DNA of 64,000 nt, taken from the NCBI GenBank assembly GCA_964188305.1, contig OZ076888.1, one strand, 5' to 3'. Every line of letters starts with the position of its first letter. The first letter of the stretch is position 1. The notes under the pieces were generated by a model. It was not told the DNA's origin. It searched no databases and worked only from the letters and a program-made list of their open reading frames with translations. This DNA is from Podarcis bocagei (Eukaryota). This document shows positions 23,517 through 35,841 of the stretch, in pieces. Made by a program: the position numbers and the translations under genes.

Positions 23517-26500
23517 GTGTATACTAATAGCAAAAGAGACATGGCCAACAGATATTTTAATATTTCCCATTTTACAAGATGCATTAACTGTATTTTTAAA
23601 TTGTTAGAGAAATGCAATCCCTTAAAGTGTCACTTGCAAAAGCTAACCAACACCCTCCTTGGGACACAAATAGAGAGAAGTACACAGCACTGACAAATGC
23701 ATCAGAAGCGTTATGGTTTAAAAATAAGCATCCAGCTGAACAGTTATCCTTCTCAAGGGGTTATAGTACAGACACTGGTCACGTCTGCCATTGGCAGCAC
23801 CTTCTAGGTCCACCTGAGCAGCTTCAGCCAGACAACTAGTATAAATAAAAGAGACAGTCCAATTGAAACTTATTTATAGATCCGGCAGAGAAGACAAACC
23901 CACCTGCATCATAAAAATTAATGATGAACCATAGTGTTGATGCACCACCTGAGCCCAACCAAATGTAGCCAAACTTCACAACCATTTAGTTACTTGCAAG
24001 GACAGCTACAACAACAATAAAAAGGGAGTGACAGTGTTGTCAACATTGAAATGACACACAGATGGGCTTATTTATTTTAACTCCCTAGAAAAAAAAAATA
24101 TAACAATTTAAACAATTGAAAGGACAGTCTATTTCTGCCAAAAGGCTTCATTCATACTTTATGACTCTGTCCTTTTATTACCAATGATGGAAAACCCATA
24201 AACACTTAGGTTCATGGTACCATATCAGCTTTGGAAAGGAAAGAAAAACATTGTTAAATAAAACTTTAGTTATTTTTCCTAACGGAATTTTAATCCGTTT
24301 CAGGTATCAAAAAATGTCACCAGTTTTGATTTCCAAAGGGTATCTTAAAAAATAAAATCACACCCTATGCCAAGGAATTAGTACTGCACATGAATTCTAC
24401 TTGGCGAACAACAGAGCATAAACTGCACACCCATACCTTAATTAGGAGAACCTAATTGAACAACAAAGACTAATCTGTATTGAACTAAGCAAAGAAAGGA
24501 CAGTATATCTTGCATTCTGACACAAAATGCCCATCTCACATGAGATGCATATTCTCAGGTTCTATTTGCAACTTCATGAAAAATAATTTGTTGAATGGCC
24601 TGCACCTGTACCATCCTTTTCACACATTAAGATTTCAAATGAAGCCCCTCCTGCTGTGCCCATCCCTTACCTCAGTGTGATGAGTGGCCAGCGGGGGGGG
24701 GGGGGGAGACTTTTCCATGATGAATTATATGAATTGGCATGTTATGTTTTGAAATGAAGTGGCATCTAGACTATTATGCAATGATGTGTTGGTTTGTATG
24801 TTTTGATGTTGTGTTGGAAGCCACTTGGAGTACATTTATGTGGCAATGTGTGATACAACTGAAATCTACTACATTTATATTTTGGGAAGCTGTTTGTCCG
24901 TATATCTGTTTTCTATGTATTTGGACGCTTCTTAAGATAACATAACCACATTTTGCATAATTGTTCCTGAGATCGAAGAGCAGGTTGCCATCTGTGTTCG
25001 GATCCAGTTGGACACCATTTTTAATCAAGATAGTAGACTGAAGCTTTGAAACTGCATTTTTTTTGGGGGGGGGATTCCTATAAATCCCGAGCAATTCTGA
25101 ATATGAAGTTGCCAATTGTCAAATAAATAAATAATGACTTTCAGGACAACATAACACATACAACTATTAAGTATGTGATTAGAGCATGGAATTATAAAGT
25201 CAAATAGGATATGCTTTCTAAAGCCTGGTGTGGCCTTCTTGAATAGATGGGTGATGACACTGACTTGCAGTGTCAGTTTCTGTCTCCTGCAAGAATATAC
25301 CCAAATCCCATGTGTTATTTGTGTATGAGCAAAATATATTAGTCTTCTGAAGCCTACCCACTAAGTTGGTAATATCTGAGGCCCATATACACATTTTTTC
25401 CACGTTGTGTACAGTGTTTATCACATCATGTACTTTTTTGCAGTGTATATGAAGTGGAAAAACAAAGAAGCACACACTATGATTATAGTAGATAGAGTTA
25501 TGGTCTGAAATATGTATGAACTAAAATTGTTCTGTATCATGTAGTCACGTGATAATTTTAGGACAGAAATGAGCAACAGAAAATATAGTTAGCAGTCCTT
25601 AGAAGCATCAACACTTACTACAAAACACTATTGGTCCTATTACGCTAAATAAAGTTGTGTTTTAATTAATTTGATTATATGACCAACCATGCCTTTTAGG
25701 CAGAAAAAGCAAAGGAGGATGATTCACTAATCTGTTTTGTTGTTGTTTTAAACATGGGATTATGGTTTGTCAGGACACAAAGAAGAAGGGGAAGAAAACA
25801 GCAAAATTACTTCCATTGTTTATATGGTAATGTGACTTAATTTGTTAGGAGGCATTGTCTGAAAGAGCTACTCAGTGTTGACTCCATTGTGGAAATGACA
25901 CAAGTTAATTACTTCATCCCTCACCACAACTCTTAAGATACCAAAATGGCTTTGCAGTATTGGAAGTAATGACTTCTCAGCTATGGAAAATGGAAGTGCA
26001 ACCTTTTGACAGTAATTAACTCATGTCACGGCTATAGTGACAGGAGGTAAAGAGTTATACATATAGAAAGGATTGGTTCCTGAGGGGAACACTATGAAAT
26101 TGAGACTTTATCTTTTTTCAAAGATACTCTGATGAAGTCTGTGGGAAAAGAGTTCATATAACCTGCTTACTTCTCTGCCTGTCTTTGCCACAAAATGATT
26201 GTTGGTAACTAAAGAGCCAAAGGCTTCTAAACCTTGGCATTATTGAAGTCATCATTTAGTAAGAGAGGTTCTTTGCCACATTGGCAGATGAACTGTTATC
26301 AGAACACAATGGCCTCTTATACAACTAAAAGACTGCTGCCAAAGAGTGCTATTATTAAATATAACAATGTGATAATCAAACTTAATCTGATTTTACTGTC
26401 TGAAAGCTCAGAAAAGAACTGCAAACAATAAAGAAGAGGAACATACTGATGCAAATGCTCTATGAGACCCTTTGAGATGTTACACATGTTCCAACAAAGT

Positions 26501-26899
26501 TTTATCACTGTCAATTTGTGTATTCAAGAAGCCTGCCTTTCATAAACTGAAAACAAGGCATATACAGTAATTCCTTATTTTTTCTACTCACCTGATCAAG
26601 ACAAGCATTACCATACATTGCTACCACAGAAGGTCTATAAGCTGCTCTATTTCAGGAGCACATTGTAAATAAGACTCAAATAAAATCTGTATGGAGGTTA
26701 CAACCTCATGAGTAGGGAGGTCAGGCACTGACAGTAGTACTGTGTTCTAAAAACCAGCTTGATGAAAGCAGCTATACGTTAGCGGATCCTGAAGAAGCTT
26801 CTACTAATTAAAAATAAATTCTTGTGGGCAATGTATTTTTGAAAGCCACAGTGCAAAGGATGCAACACAACTCTCTTACTACAATATTTTCTGTTACTG

Positions 26900-27477
26900 T
26901 GCATCCAGTGCTTTTCAAGCTGCACTGGCTCCCGGTGGAGTACAGGGTCAGATTTAAGGTGCTGCTTTTGACCTTTAAAGCCCTTCACGGCCTAGGACCC
27001 TCGTACCTACGGGACCGCCTCGCCTGGTATGCCCCACGGAGAGCCTCAAGGTCCATAAATAACAACACCCTAGTGGTCCCAGGCCCTAAGGAAGTTAGAT
27101 TGGCTTCAACCAGAGCCAGGGCCTTTTCAGCACTGGCCCCAACTTGGTGGAATGCTCTGTCTCATGAGACCAGGGCCCTGCAGGATCTGATCTCTTTCCG
27201 CAGGGCCTGTAAGACAGAGTTGTTCCGCCTGGCCTTTGGATTGGAGCCAATTTGATTCCCTCCGCCCCCTTTTTCTTTTTTCTTTTCCTTCTCCTGCAAT
27301 GAGGCTCCATTTTAATATTTTAATGTTCCATTATTTTAATGTTGTATTTTATTTTTGTTTTTAAGTTGTAATCACTCATCTTGTTTTTATTATTGCTTGT
27401 AAGCCGCTCTGAGCCCGGCCTTGGCTGGGGAGGGCGGGGTATAAATAAAAAATTATTATTATTATTATTATTATTAT
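26900..27477 (+). mobile_element. 5'-truncated L2-clade LINE
   Basis: ORF 26824..27255 has LHWLPVEYRVRFKVLLLTFKALHGLGPSYL...RAFSALAPTWWNAL...KTELFRLAF, the L2 ORF2 C-terminus; 3' UTR ends gggcggggtataaataaa followed by a (TTA)n tail. Confidence 0.9.
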
Positions 27478-28031
27478 CAGCAAAAAAACCCCCACCCTTA
27501 TATAGTGCCCTCCTGCCCCATGTATAGTTCGGTGTCAAACTCTTGCCAGGCTAATTCTGCCATTTCTTGGAATAGCCATCGCAAACAGAGTGGCACTCAC
27601 CATGTTTGGCTGGTGCCTGGGACCAACATAGAAAAGTATATTATAAGCAGCTGCTTATAACTAAAATATTTATAGCTCAGCCATCCATCATTACAACAAT
27701 CTTAGGGTGAAGTAAAATAAAACTCAATTTAAAACAACAAATGTATCAATAACTTACATAACATTAAAAAAAAACCATGCAGATAATGGCCCAAATGGTT
27801 AAGGGCTTTAAAGGTTAACATGATCACTCTAAACTGAGTCCAGATATGCAATGGTAATCAATTCATGTGGTGCAAAATTGATGGCACGTGTTCTAGCCTT
27901 CTGGACAGTGCGAGCATCCAGGCAGTCACATTTGGCACTGATTGAGACTTCCTGTCTTCTAAGGTAGCCTCACAAAGTATGGATTTAATTAGTGCATGAA
28001 ATCTAGAGTTTGATATAAGTGTGGGTCACTC

Positions 28032-28892
28032 TGTGTGGCTTATCTTACATTTTTAACAACGGGGGTGGGGGTGGGGAAAGAAAGCGTGTTCTCCCTGAAA
28101 TGAGAGCACGTGTTGCGGTGGGGTCTGCCAAGCCAACCCTCTGTTGCCAGGCAGGGTAAATGCAAGCTGGCCTGGGGCAACGATTGGATAGCCGGGTTGC
28201 TGGGGCAAATTGCATGTTGCAATGTGGTGGGTGGGACCAAAGGCTTTAAATATTGGGGCACTCAGCTTTTGCTTTCTCTTTCACTGAGTGCATAGGATCA
28301 CCCACCCACCCGCCCTGAGTTCTGGTTGACCTTGCTATGCCTGTCATGGGGTCGTCTGCCATTAGGGCAGAGGCCTGGTAGGAATTTTGTCCATTTGGCT
28401 GATTGGCTGGTGCCATTTGGTTTTTGCCTACTACATAGCAATTCGTCACAACTTGTAAGGTTGTGGCTAGGCATTGGTTATAAAAATTGGTGGAGGAGGG
28501 GTAAGGATAGGCTGGGCCTGCCCCTCCAATGGTGGTGTGGAAGGGAATTCCGTTAAAGGAATCCAGGGGCTTGCCACGATTTCGTCCAATCCCTGAAATG
28601 GGACCAGGGCTGGCAAGCCCTGGGGAGCATGTGGGTGAGTGGTGAGGGCCTGTGACTCAGCTCCATTGCTCCCCATATATTGTTTTCCCTTCACTGGCTT
28701 CCGAGGGAGTTTGGAAGTCAGTTCTGTCCCAGGCGGGGGGACAGATAGCCTTAACCAATGCCTAAGCAACCACTCACAGATTATGTATTTTAATAAAGTT
28801 GTGGCCAAAATTATGCCAAAAACCTTAAACAAAAATTATGTGTGAATTGTGAGTTATTTTGAGGGGTGGCTTGGGGACCTCGACACGCAACA
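28032..28892 (+). mobile_element. Probable solo LTR (left boundary 28032 or 28111)
   Basis: GC-rich block with AATAAA near 28792 and a ...cgcaaca end. A start at 28032 gives a near-TSD actc/actt; a start at 28111 gives a perfect 7-bp inverted terminus tgttgcg/cgcaaca but no TSD. Confidence 0.6.
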
Positions 28893-31061
28893 ACTTTAGG
28901 AAGACTGCATTTTGTGTACACAGTTGATTCCAAATGGAGTACTGGCAGTCCTGTATTTCAATTGGGAAGCACGACACATTGTTCCATAAAAATTGGTTCT
29001 TATAACAGCTTGCCAGCATTTCAGTATACCTTATAATATAAAGAATGTTATCAAATTAAAAAGTTATACCGAAAGACTGTTAAGAAGCAATACCTTATGA
29101 ACAAATATGTTCCCTCAGTCTTGCTTATGATATTTTCGAGAAAGAGACAGACTTATAAGTAGCATTATTTTAGTGAGCTCACCTATGGTAAACAGAATTA
29201 AAATGTATCGGTCGCAGGAGTGCCCTGCTTCTCATGTGATCTAAGGCATGTTAAGAAGGCAGCCAGCATGAAACAAATCCTGCTTTCCAGACAAGAAATG
29301 AAATGTCTTTATCTTGGAAAAAGACTTTTCTTCACAGTTAACAGTAATACATTAAACATTTCCTTTAACCTTTGTTTTTATTTTTAAATAGAATTCATCC
29401 CGATTTTTTCTTCTTTCTTTCCTACATTTTCTCCTACTGCTAGTATTACTATTTTTGGCATGAATGGATTTTGATCCCGATTCTCACGAAACTGCAACCT
29501 AATAAATCCTAGAAAATCTGGAAGGTTTTTAACCTGTTGGACTGTCTGTCCTTCTGCTGCTGGTTATCCTAATTACAAGACAAGGGGTCTAGCCTGCTTT
29601 ATTTATTTATTTATAGAAACCATGAAAATCAGAGAATGCCTTTTGTATGACAAAAGGTCATACAAGAGAGAAAGAGCAAATAAGTATGGATGAAAAAGGA
29701 TGACCTGCTTTTAAAGCAAAGGATTAAGCTTTGAACTTGAACACTGTTCTGGAAATACAACAAAATGGAAAATAATAACTCTAAAACAGTACTATAGTGA
29801 TCACAGATTAATGTCCTTTGAAATGTTGGCATTTAGTTTGGAGGTCAGGTTTGGAAATGCAATAATATGAAATCTATATGCTGCTTTGATCCAGATTTAC
29901 TACATAAGCATCGTGTGAATGTGACTGCTGACTTTATTAGACTTTCCTTACATTTTACCAATAATACTTTTTGTACAACCAAAATTTCCTGTCATGAAAC
30001 TTTGCTCTTCTTTGTGGTTCAAAGAGATGCCATATGCGGTCTTAGTCATGTAGGATCTCAAGGCATCAGTGGTGAGGACTCATTCGAAGATCTATCCCAA
30101 AACTTGTTGACTTTCTGTTTACTAGGGAATAGAATTATGCCAACAGTGTTTTGTTTTGTCTTGTTTATGGTCAAATCAATGAAACAAGACTGTATATCTG
30201 TTAGCCATGAGCAATAGTTGCAAAAAAAGGAAAGTCGGTTTTTTCTGCAGCAGAACACAGATAATACAGTCTCTCCCCTTGCATTTAGTGGATTTCATTT
30301 ATATAACAAAGATATAGTGTGATACAGTGTCCCATAATGAAGAAAACTGATACAAGTAAAACAACACAATCCTACCCCATCTGTGTTGGGGCCTGGGGTT
30401 GAGTTAGTTAGAATGGCATGCAGACTTCTTCCTACCAGCTTTTGCCGAGGACTGACAAAAACTTGTATGGGCATTTGTATTTGCACTTTTCTGATAAGTA
30501 AAAGAATTCATATTTGAAAATAAGTAAATAAATAAATGTCTTACAACAGAATTTACCAAACAAACTCAGTTAGGTCTTCTGTTTATGGAATGGGCCTTTT
30601 CAGCCCCAACTCCCCCCGTGCACCCCTCTATACACACCAAAATTGGTTCAGGGGGATCAGGAGCACCCCCAGAACAGAGCAGAGGGGAAGGTGATGGGGA
30701 TTGTTCCACTTGGGAAACTGAAATGCTTGTGTAAATGGAATGTTTTTAATAGTGTGACATTGAATTCCACTCTTTGGATTTATAAATGGATATTACTTTT
30801 TGCTGAGTAGATATCTTGTCTTCCCATTCTGTGTAAAAACAACCAAAATGTTGAGTTGGAGTCTTACCTTTCCATTTAAGCACATTTTGAATTCTACTTG
30901 CTACCAAGAAGAGAAAGATATGAACATACCTAATTGTGGAGATTCCCTCTCCATCCAGAATTCCCAGCAAAAGTGCCCTAGTCTCAAATGGTGAGAGAGA
31001 TCCTGTAACATTTGGGATATGTCTTATAATTCCATTCCAGAATCTCATCACCAGTAGTGAA

Positions 31062-31066
<5 letters not shown>

Positions 31067-31118
<52 letters not shown>
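31067..31118. repeat. (AG)n microsatellite
   Basis: Pure AG run. Confidence 0.97.
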
Positions 31119-31122
<4 letters not shown>

Positions 31123-31689
31123 TGCCTAAATGTATTTTTGTATACATTACTTGGCTGGAGAACTACATTTCAAAATTTGGAGTAGTGTGAATCTTCAATG
31201 ATGGTTGTGTTTCGGTTTATGTATTATTTCAAGAAGCATAAATTAGCTAGATAGACTTTCCTTTAAATGGAAAGTGAATGAAGTGTGCCCTCATCCCTGC
31301 CTAGGAGTGGCAGTTCTGAATGGGAATGCTCTATCTTTTATTCTAACCATTTATTTTGCTTGGCAGAGTTTACGTAATGCATAACAGGCCTTAAATGGGC
31401 TGTATTATGATATGAGTGTAAATCCATTACCCTGGGTCTCACCTTGCTAGGTAAGCATTTTATAGCCACAGAAGGGACTCTATAAAACCCCTTCTGTACA
31501 AAATCATCTAGTGCTTTCTGCCAGTGCTGTAGTTTTTTGGTGGAATGCAGATGTGGATGGTCTGAAAATAATATAACAGCTGCAGAAATATCACCATTCT
31601 CACAGGTCCTCCAATGCCATCAATGATGCATTCCGTGTACCTTGCACCTGCAAGTTTTTTTCTTAAAATCCTGGCTGTCCTTTAAACTT

Positions 31690-31826
31690 ATTACTCAGTT
31701 GGTTAGAGCAGGTGCTGATAACACAAAAATTGCAGATTTGAGCCCTGTATGGGACAGCTGCATGTTCCTGCATTGCAGAGGGTTAGATCCCTCAGGGTCC
31801 CTTCCAACTCTACAATTCTATGATTT
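31690..31826 (+). mobile_element. Short tRNA-derived SINE with CR1-type tail
   Basis: ctcagttggttagagc..gtgctgataac tRNA-like head followed by gggtcccttccaactctacaattctatgatt, shared with the CR1 3' end. Confidence 0.7.
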
Positions 31827-32128
31827 CGAATCCTGGATAGTTGGTTATTGGAATATGCAACCCATAGGTATTTCCAGTGCTTTTTGTTCTGGGGGGACGC
31901 AGGGATATGCATACCCCTAAACATTTTGTGAATCTAAGTTTGGCCTCATTGAGGGGCAATATTTCAATATGAGTAGGAAAATGAGAGTATCCCTAAACAT
32001 ATTTTTTTTAAGAAAAAAAGCACTGGGTATTTCCAAGCATCCTTGATCCATTTGTAGCTAATCTTGTGTAATTCAGCTTTCCTTCCTAGCAACTTCTTGT
32101 TGTGGAGGGAATTCTGAGATTTGTGGTA

Positions 32129-32374
32129 TAGTGGTACCTCTGGATGTGAATGGGAACCGTTCCGGAGCCCTGTTTGCATCCAGAAGTGAACGCAACCTGC
32201 ATCCGCACGAGTCGCGAATTGGTGCTTCCGCGCATGGGCGTGATGTCATTTTGAGCATCTGCACATGTGCAAGTGGCGAAACCCGGAAGCAACACGCTCC
32301 GTTACTTCCGGGTCGCCGTGGCGCGCAACCTGATAATATTCATCCTGAAGCTACTTCAACCTGAAGTATGACTG
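32129..32374. mobile_element. Tc1/mariner MITE (same family as 20701, opposite orientation)
   Basis: Ends tagtggtacctc / gaagtatgactg with TA flanks; reverse complement of the 20701 copy. Confidence 0.85.
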
Positions 32375-33346
32375 TATTCTAATTCTAGCTTTGTTTGCAT
32401 CCTTCTTCCTGCTAAGTGCTACAAGAACAACACTGCGTTGGAGAAGGAGGAAGCTGCCACACAGAGTCATCTCCTGGACTGGATGCCAGAAGACAAGCAG
32501 GTGGGGCCTGCCTAAGGGAGCTAATGGATCAGCCTCCACTGAAGGCTGCAGATTCCTTTTCCTACTCTGCCTTCTCTTGATAGTTTTTTCTCCCTGTCTG
32601 CAGTCTGCTCAGACTCCCCTCCATCTTCAAAGAACTCGCCTCAGAATTAATTCCCCAGCTTTTTAAACCAACCTCTTGATAAAGCAGTTTCTAAGAACCA
32701 AAAGGAGCCAGGCCATGCCACAAGGCTGCAGAGGATTAAATTTACTACCACTTTAGTGGGGGGGATATTATGCATTGCCAAAGAAAAGAGGATTGGTATC
32801 GCCAAAAGAGGAAACAAATTTGCATAAATATTGTACATGGCAATTTATACGAATAAATTTATATTAATATATATTTTATGCAAATTTAGAAACAATAATT
32901 GTCATACAAAAAACAAACAAAAAAACCCACATCTGACCAGCAGCAGCTTGTGTGGTGGGCACAATGGAGCTTCATTGGTTTCCTGCTTTCCGTGCATTAT
33001 TGCCCGTTACTGTGAAGGGGGTGGGATTGGCACATTAGGATTCAGAAGCAAAGAACTGGCTTCATCACGGTGCCTGCACCATGCTCCCTGCTGCATTGGT
33101 CCTCTCCCCTAGGATGATTTGGGAAGGTGGAAGGGCAAGGCAGCCCCACCCAGGCTGCATCACCAGCCATTACTATCTCTGACCATAGTGGGAAAGACAT
33201 CAGTGACTTGTGTGCTAGCTTTGTCAGCTGGCTAGCTGCTGCTAACTGTTGATATGCAACCTCAAGTCTCCCACTCTCCCTGCTTACCGTTCTTCATCTT
33301 TAAACTGGGTTTTCTTTAAATAAGACCTTTAAATGAGACCTTAAAT

Positions 33347-33662
33347 GGGACACGGGTGGTGCTGTGGTCTAAACCACAGAGTCTAGGGCTTGCCGATCAG
33401 AAGGTCGGAGGTTCAAATCCCTGTGATGGGGTGAGCTCCCGTTGCTCAGGCCCTGCTCCTGCCAACCTAGCAGTTCGAAATCACATCAAAGTGCAAGTAG
33501 ATAAATAGGAACCGCTCCAGCGGGAAGGTAAACAGCATTTCCATGCACTGCTCTGGTTTGCCAGAAGCGGCTTAGTCATGCTGGCCACATGACCCGGAAG
33601 CTGTATGCCAGCTCCCTCAGCCAATAAAGCGAGATGAGTGCCGCAACCCCAGAGTCGGACAC
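33347..33662 (+). mobile_element. Sauria SINE, 3'-truncated
   Basis: Aligns by eye to the 13983 copy from the head to cccagagtcgg. Confidence 0.9.
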
Positions 33663-33699
33663 TGAGAAGGGATACTTACCAGAAACATTTAAGATTTTG

Positions 33700-34220
33700 T
33701 GAAGTTAGCAGAACATAAGGAGTTTCTACAACAGGCACATAACATGTTCCTATAGTGCTGCTGCTGGTGTTTCCAGTTTGGTCAAATATAGAACTATGCC
33801 ATCAGCAAATAAGCTAATTTTATGACAGTTACCCTCAATTTGGATTCCCTTGGCCTTTGCGTTGCCTTGGACTGTCACACTCACAGCTAAAAGCTCAATT
33901 GACAGCACAAAGGGAAAGTGGGCATTCCTACCTGCTCCAACAATTGATCTGAAATTTTCCACACTGGAAGTTATTAACCTTCACTAAGAGCATCGAGCTC
34001 TGACTTCCCAAAGGCAGTCCATTCCCAAATTCTTCTTTTGCAGTAAGTTAAAAAGACAACCTCGAGGCAACCTGCTTCCAGGTAGTCAAAAGCTTTTCCC
34101 ACATCAAAACAACAAACAGCACGTCTCTTTTCTTGCTCAAGTTATGTCCAATATTTTTGTCACACTGTTTGCAAAATCCCCCCTACTATAAATCTATTAT
34201 GGGCCAGATTACTGCATGAA
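33700..34220 (-). mobile_element. Degenerate L1/Tx1-type RT fragment
   Basis: Minus strand gives FDVGKAFDYLE (about 34077-34109; compare DAEKAFD) and KISLFADGIVLYL (compare FADD motif); frameshifted. Confidence 0.7.
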
Positions 34221-34950
34221 CACAGCACATTGCTCAGTCTTTTCGCAAGGAGGGAAGTTAAAGTACTTGCATCTCGATTAAGCAGCAAATTATGGAAATA
34301 ATGCCAGAGAAAAGAAAAAGAGAAGTCTGTTTTCTTGCCAGCTTCGATGGACAGCCAGTTCGTATGTTTGCATTGGCATCAGGTTAGTGGGAAGGAAAAT
34401 GCAATAATTCCAGGTGGTGGTGCTCAAAGGGATAGTTGTAACCAAAACTGTGAAAGAAGACTACAGGTGAGAGCCTAGTAAGTCTTATAAGGAACCTAGG
34501 GAGTCAGGCAAGGTAGGGAGCAGATGGTCCTCATTAGAATGACCAGTTGTTCCGACCAAAGAGCAGGTGGGTGTTTTGAAGGTTTATAATCAATATGCCA
34601 CTTTACTGGTTCCCCAGGTCGCCTGACATACCACTGAGTCAGCTGGGCTCTGGGTACCATAAACCTCTAGTTGCTCCTTCAGACCAGCTGCTTTAGTGGC
34701 ACCCAAAAGGGCAGAAAACTAGATGACACTATCAGAGAATAGGGTTCCTTTATAAAAAGTTAGCTTACTCAATACATTTATATGCTGCTTAATCGTTTGC
34801 ATATCTAAGTGACATACATAAATGAAGCCATTCAGAACAAAACATTGAAATCAACCAAAAGAACAAACAAAACCCCAAAATTTTGGCCAGGAGCTTTATT
34901 GGTCAGGCAGTAAGGAGCTGGATTTGGAGCAACCCTATGACACTTTACTA

Positions 34951-35240
34951 CAGTGTTACCTCTGGTTGCGAACGGGATCTGTTCCGGAGGCCCGTTTGCA
35001 ACATGAAAAGCGCGCAACCCACAGCAGCGCGTCTGCACACTCGCGGGTTGTGATTCACCGCTTCTGCGCATGCGTGTAATGTCATTTTGTGTTTCTGCTC
35101 ATGTGTGAGCAGCGAAACCCGGAAGTAACCCTTTCCGGTTACTTTCTATTAGTAAGTAACCCTTTCCGGTACTTCCGGGTCGAGCGGGACATAACCTGAA
35201 AGAACGTAACATAAAGTGGACGTAACGTGAGGTATGACTG
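34951..35240. mobile_element. Tc1/mariner MITE (20701/32129 family) with a small internal duplication
   Basis: Ends cagtgttacctc / gaggtatgactg, TA flanks; aagtaaccctttccggt appears twice. Confidence 0.85.
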
Positions 35241-35678
35241 TATTCCTGCGCAGCCCTCTCTTTAGATCTCTAGGGTGGAATCTACATACATTTTAAAAAA
35301 AACAAAACCATGCTGTGAAGATGCTTTAAAGTTTTGAAAAATACAGTGAATTTGGCATCACTCACCTTCACCATCTACTGCCATATTTGTATATTGCACT
35401 TTACAACCCATTTAAAACATTTTATTTGCAGCTGTATAGGTGAGTCCTAACTCTATATCCTTATCTCCAGAAACTGTTTCTTTTTAAAAAATATATATAT
35501 ATGAAATCTTTGACATTTCTGAGACCACATAAAGACTATGCTCAGTGTTGTTGTTCTGAAGCATAGGCCACACACATACACACATGATAGGACCTTGCTT
35601 TTGGTTAATATTACTGAGGTTTTACTGTACAGTAGATGTCCTCAAATCTTAATTTACACATTTCAGTCTTCTACTTAC

Positions 35679-35841
35679 CTTGCCAACAAGCGCCAACAGT
35701 AAGTTGCATTGCTATGTGTGATGGATGAATAGGCCAGTCATTTGTTACAAGGTAAGGTTCGTACGTTGTACCATCCATATACAAAGTAACTACTGGGAAT
35801 TCAACATTTACGACATAGTAGTGCCATTCTTTATCGCAAAT
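35679..35841 (-). CDS. CLSTN2: Calsyntenin-2 coding exon (LNS/laminin-G domain; about exon 9 by analogy with human)
   Basis: Translates ICDKEWHYYVVNVEFPVVTLYMDGTTYEPYLVTNDWPIHPSHIAMQLTVGACWQ-G, nearly identical to recalled human CLSTN2. Acceptor ttag|ATT, donor G|gtaagt; 163 nt, phase 0 to 1. Not in the ORF track. Confidence 0.96.
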
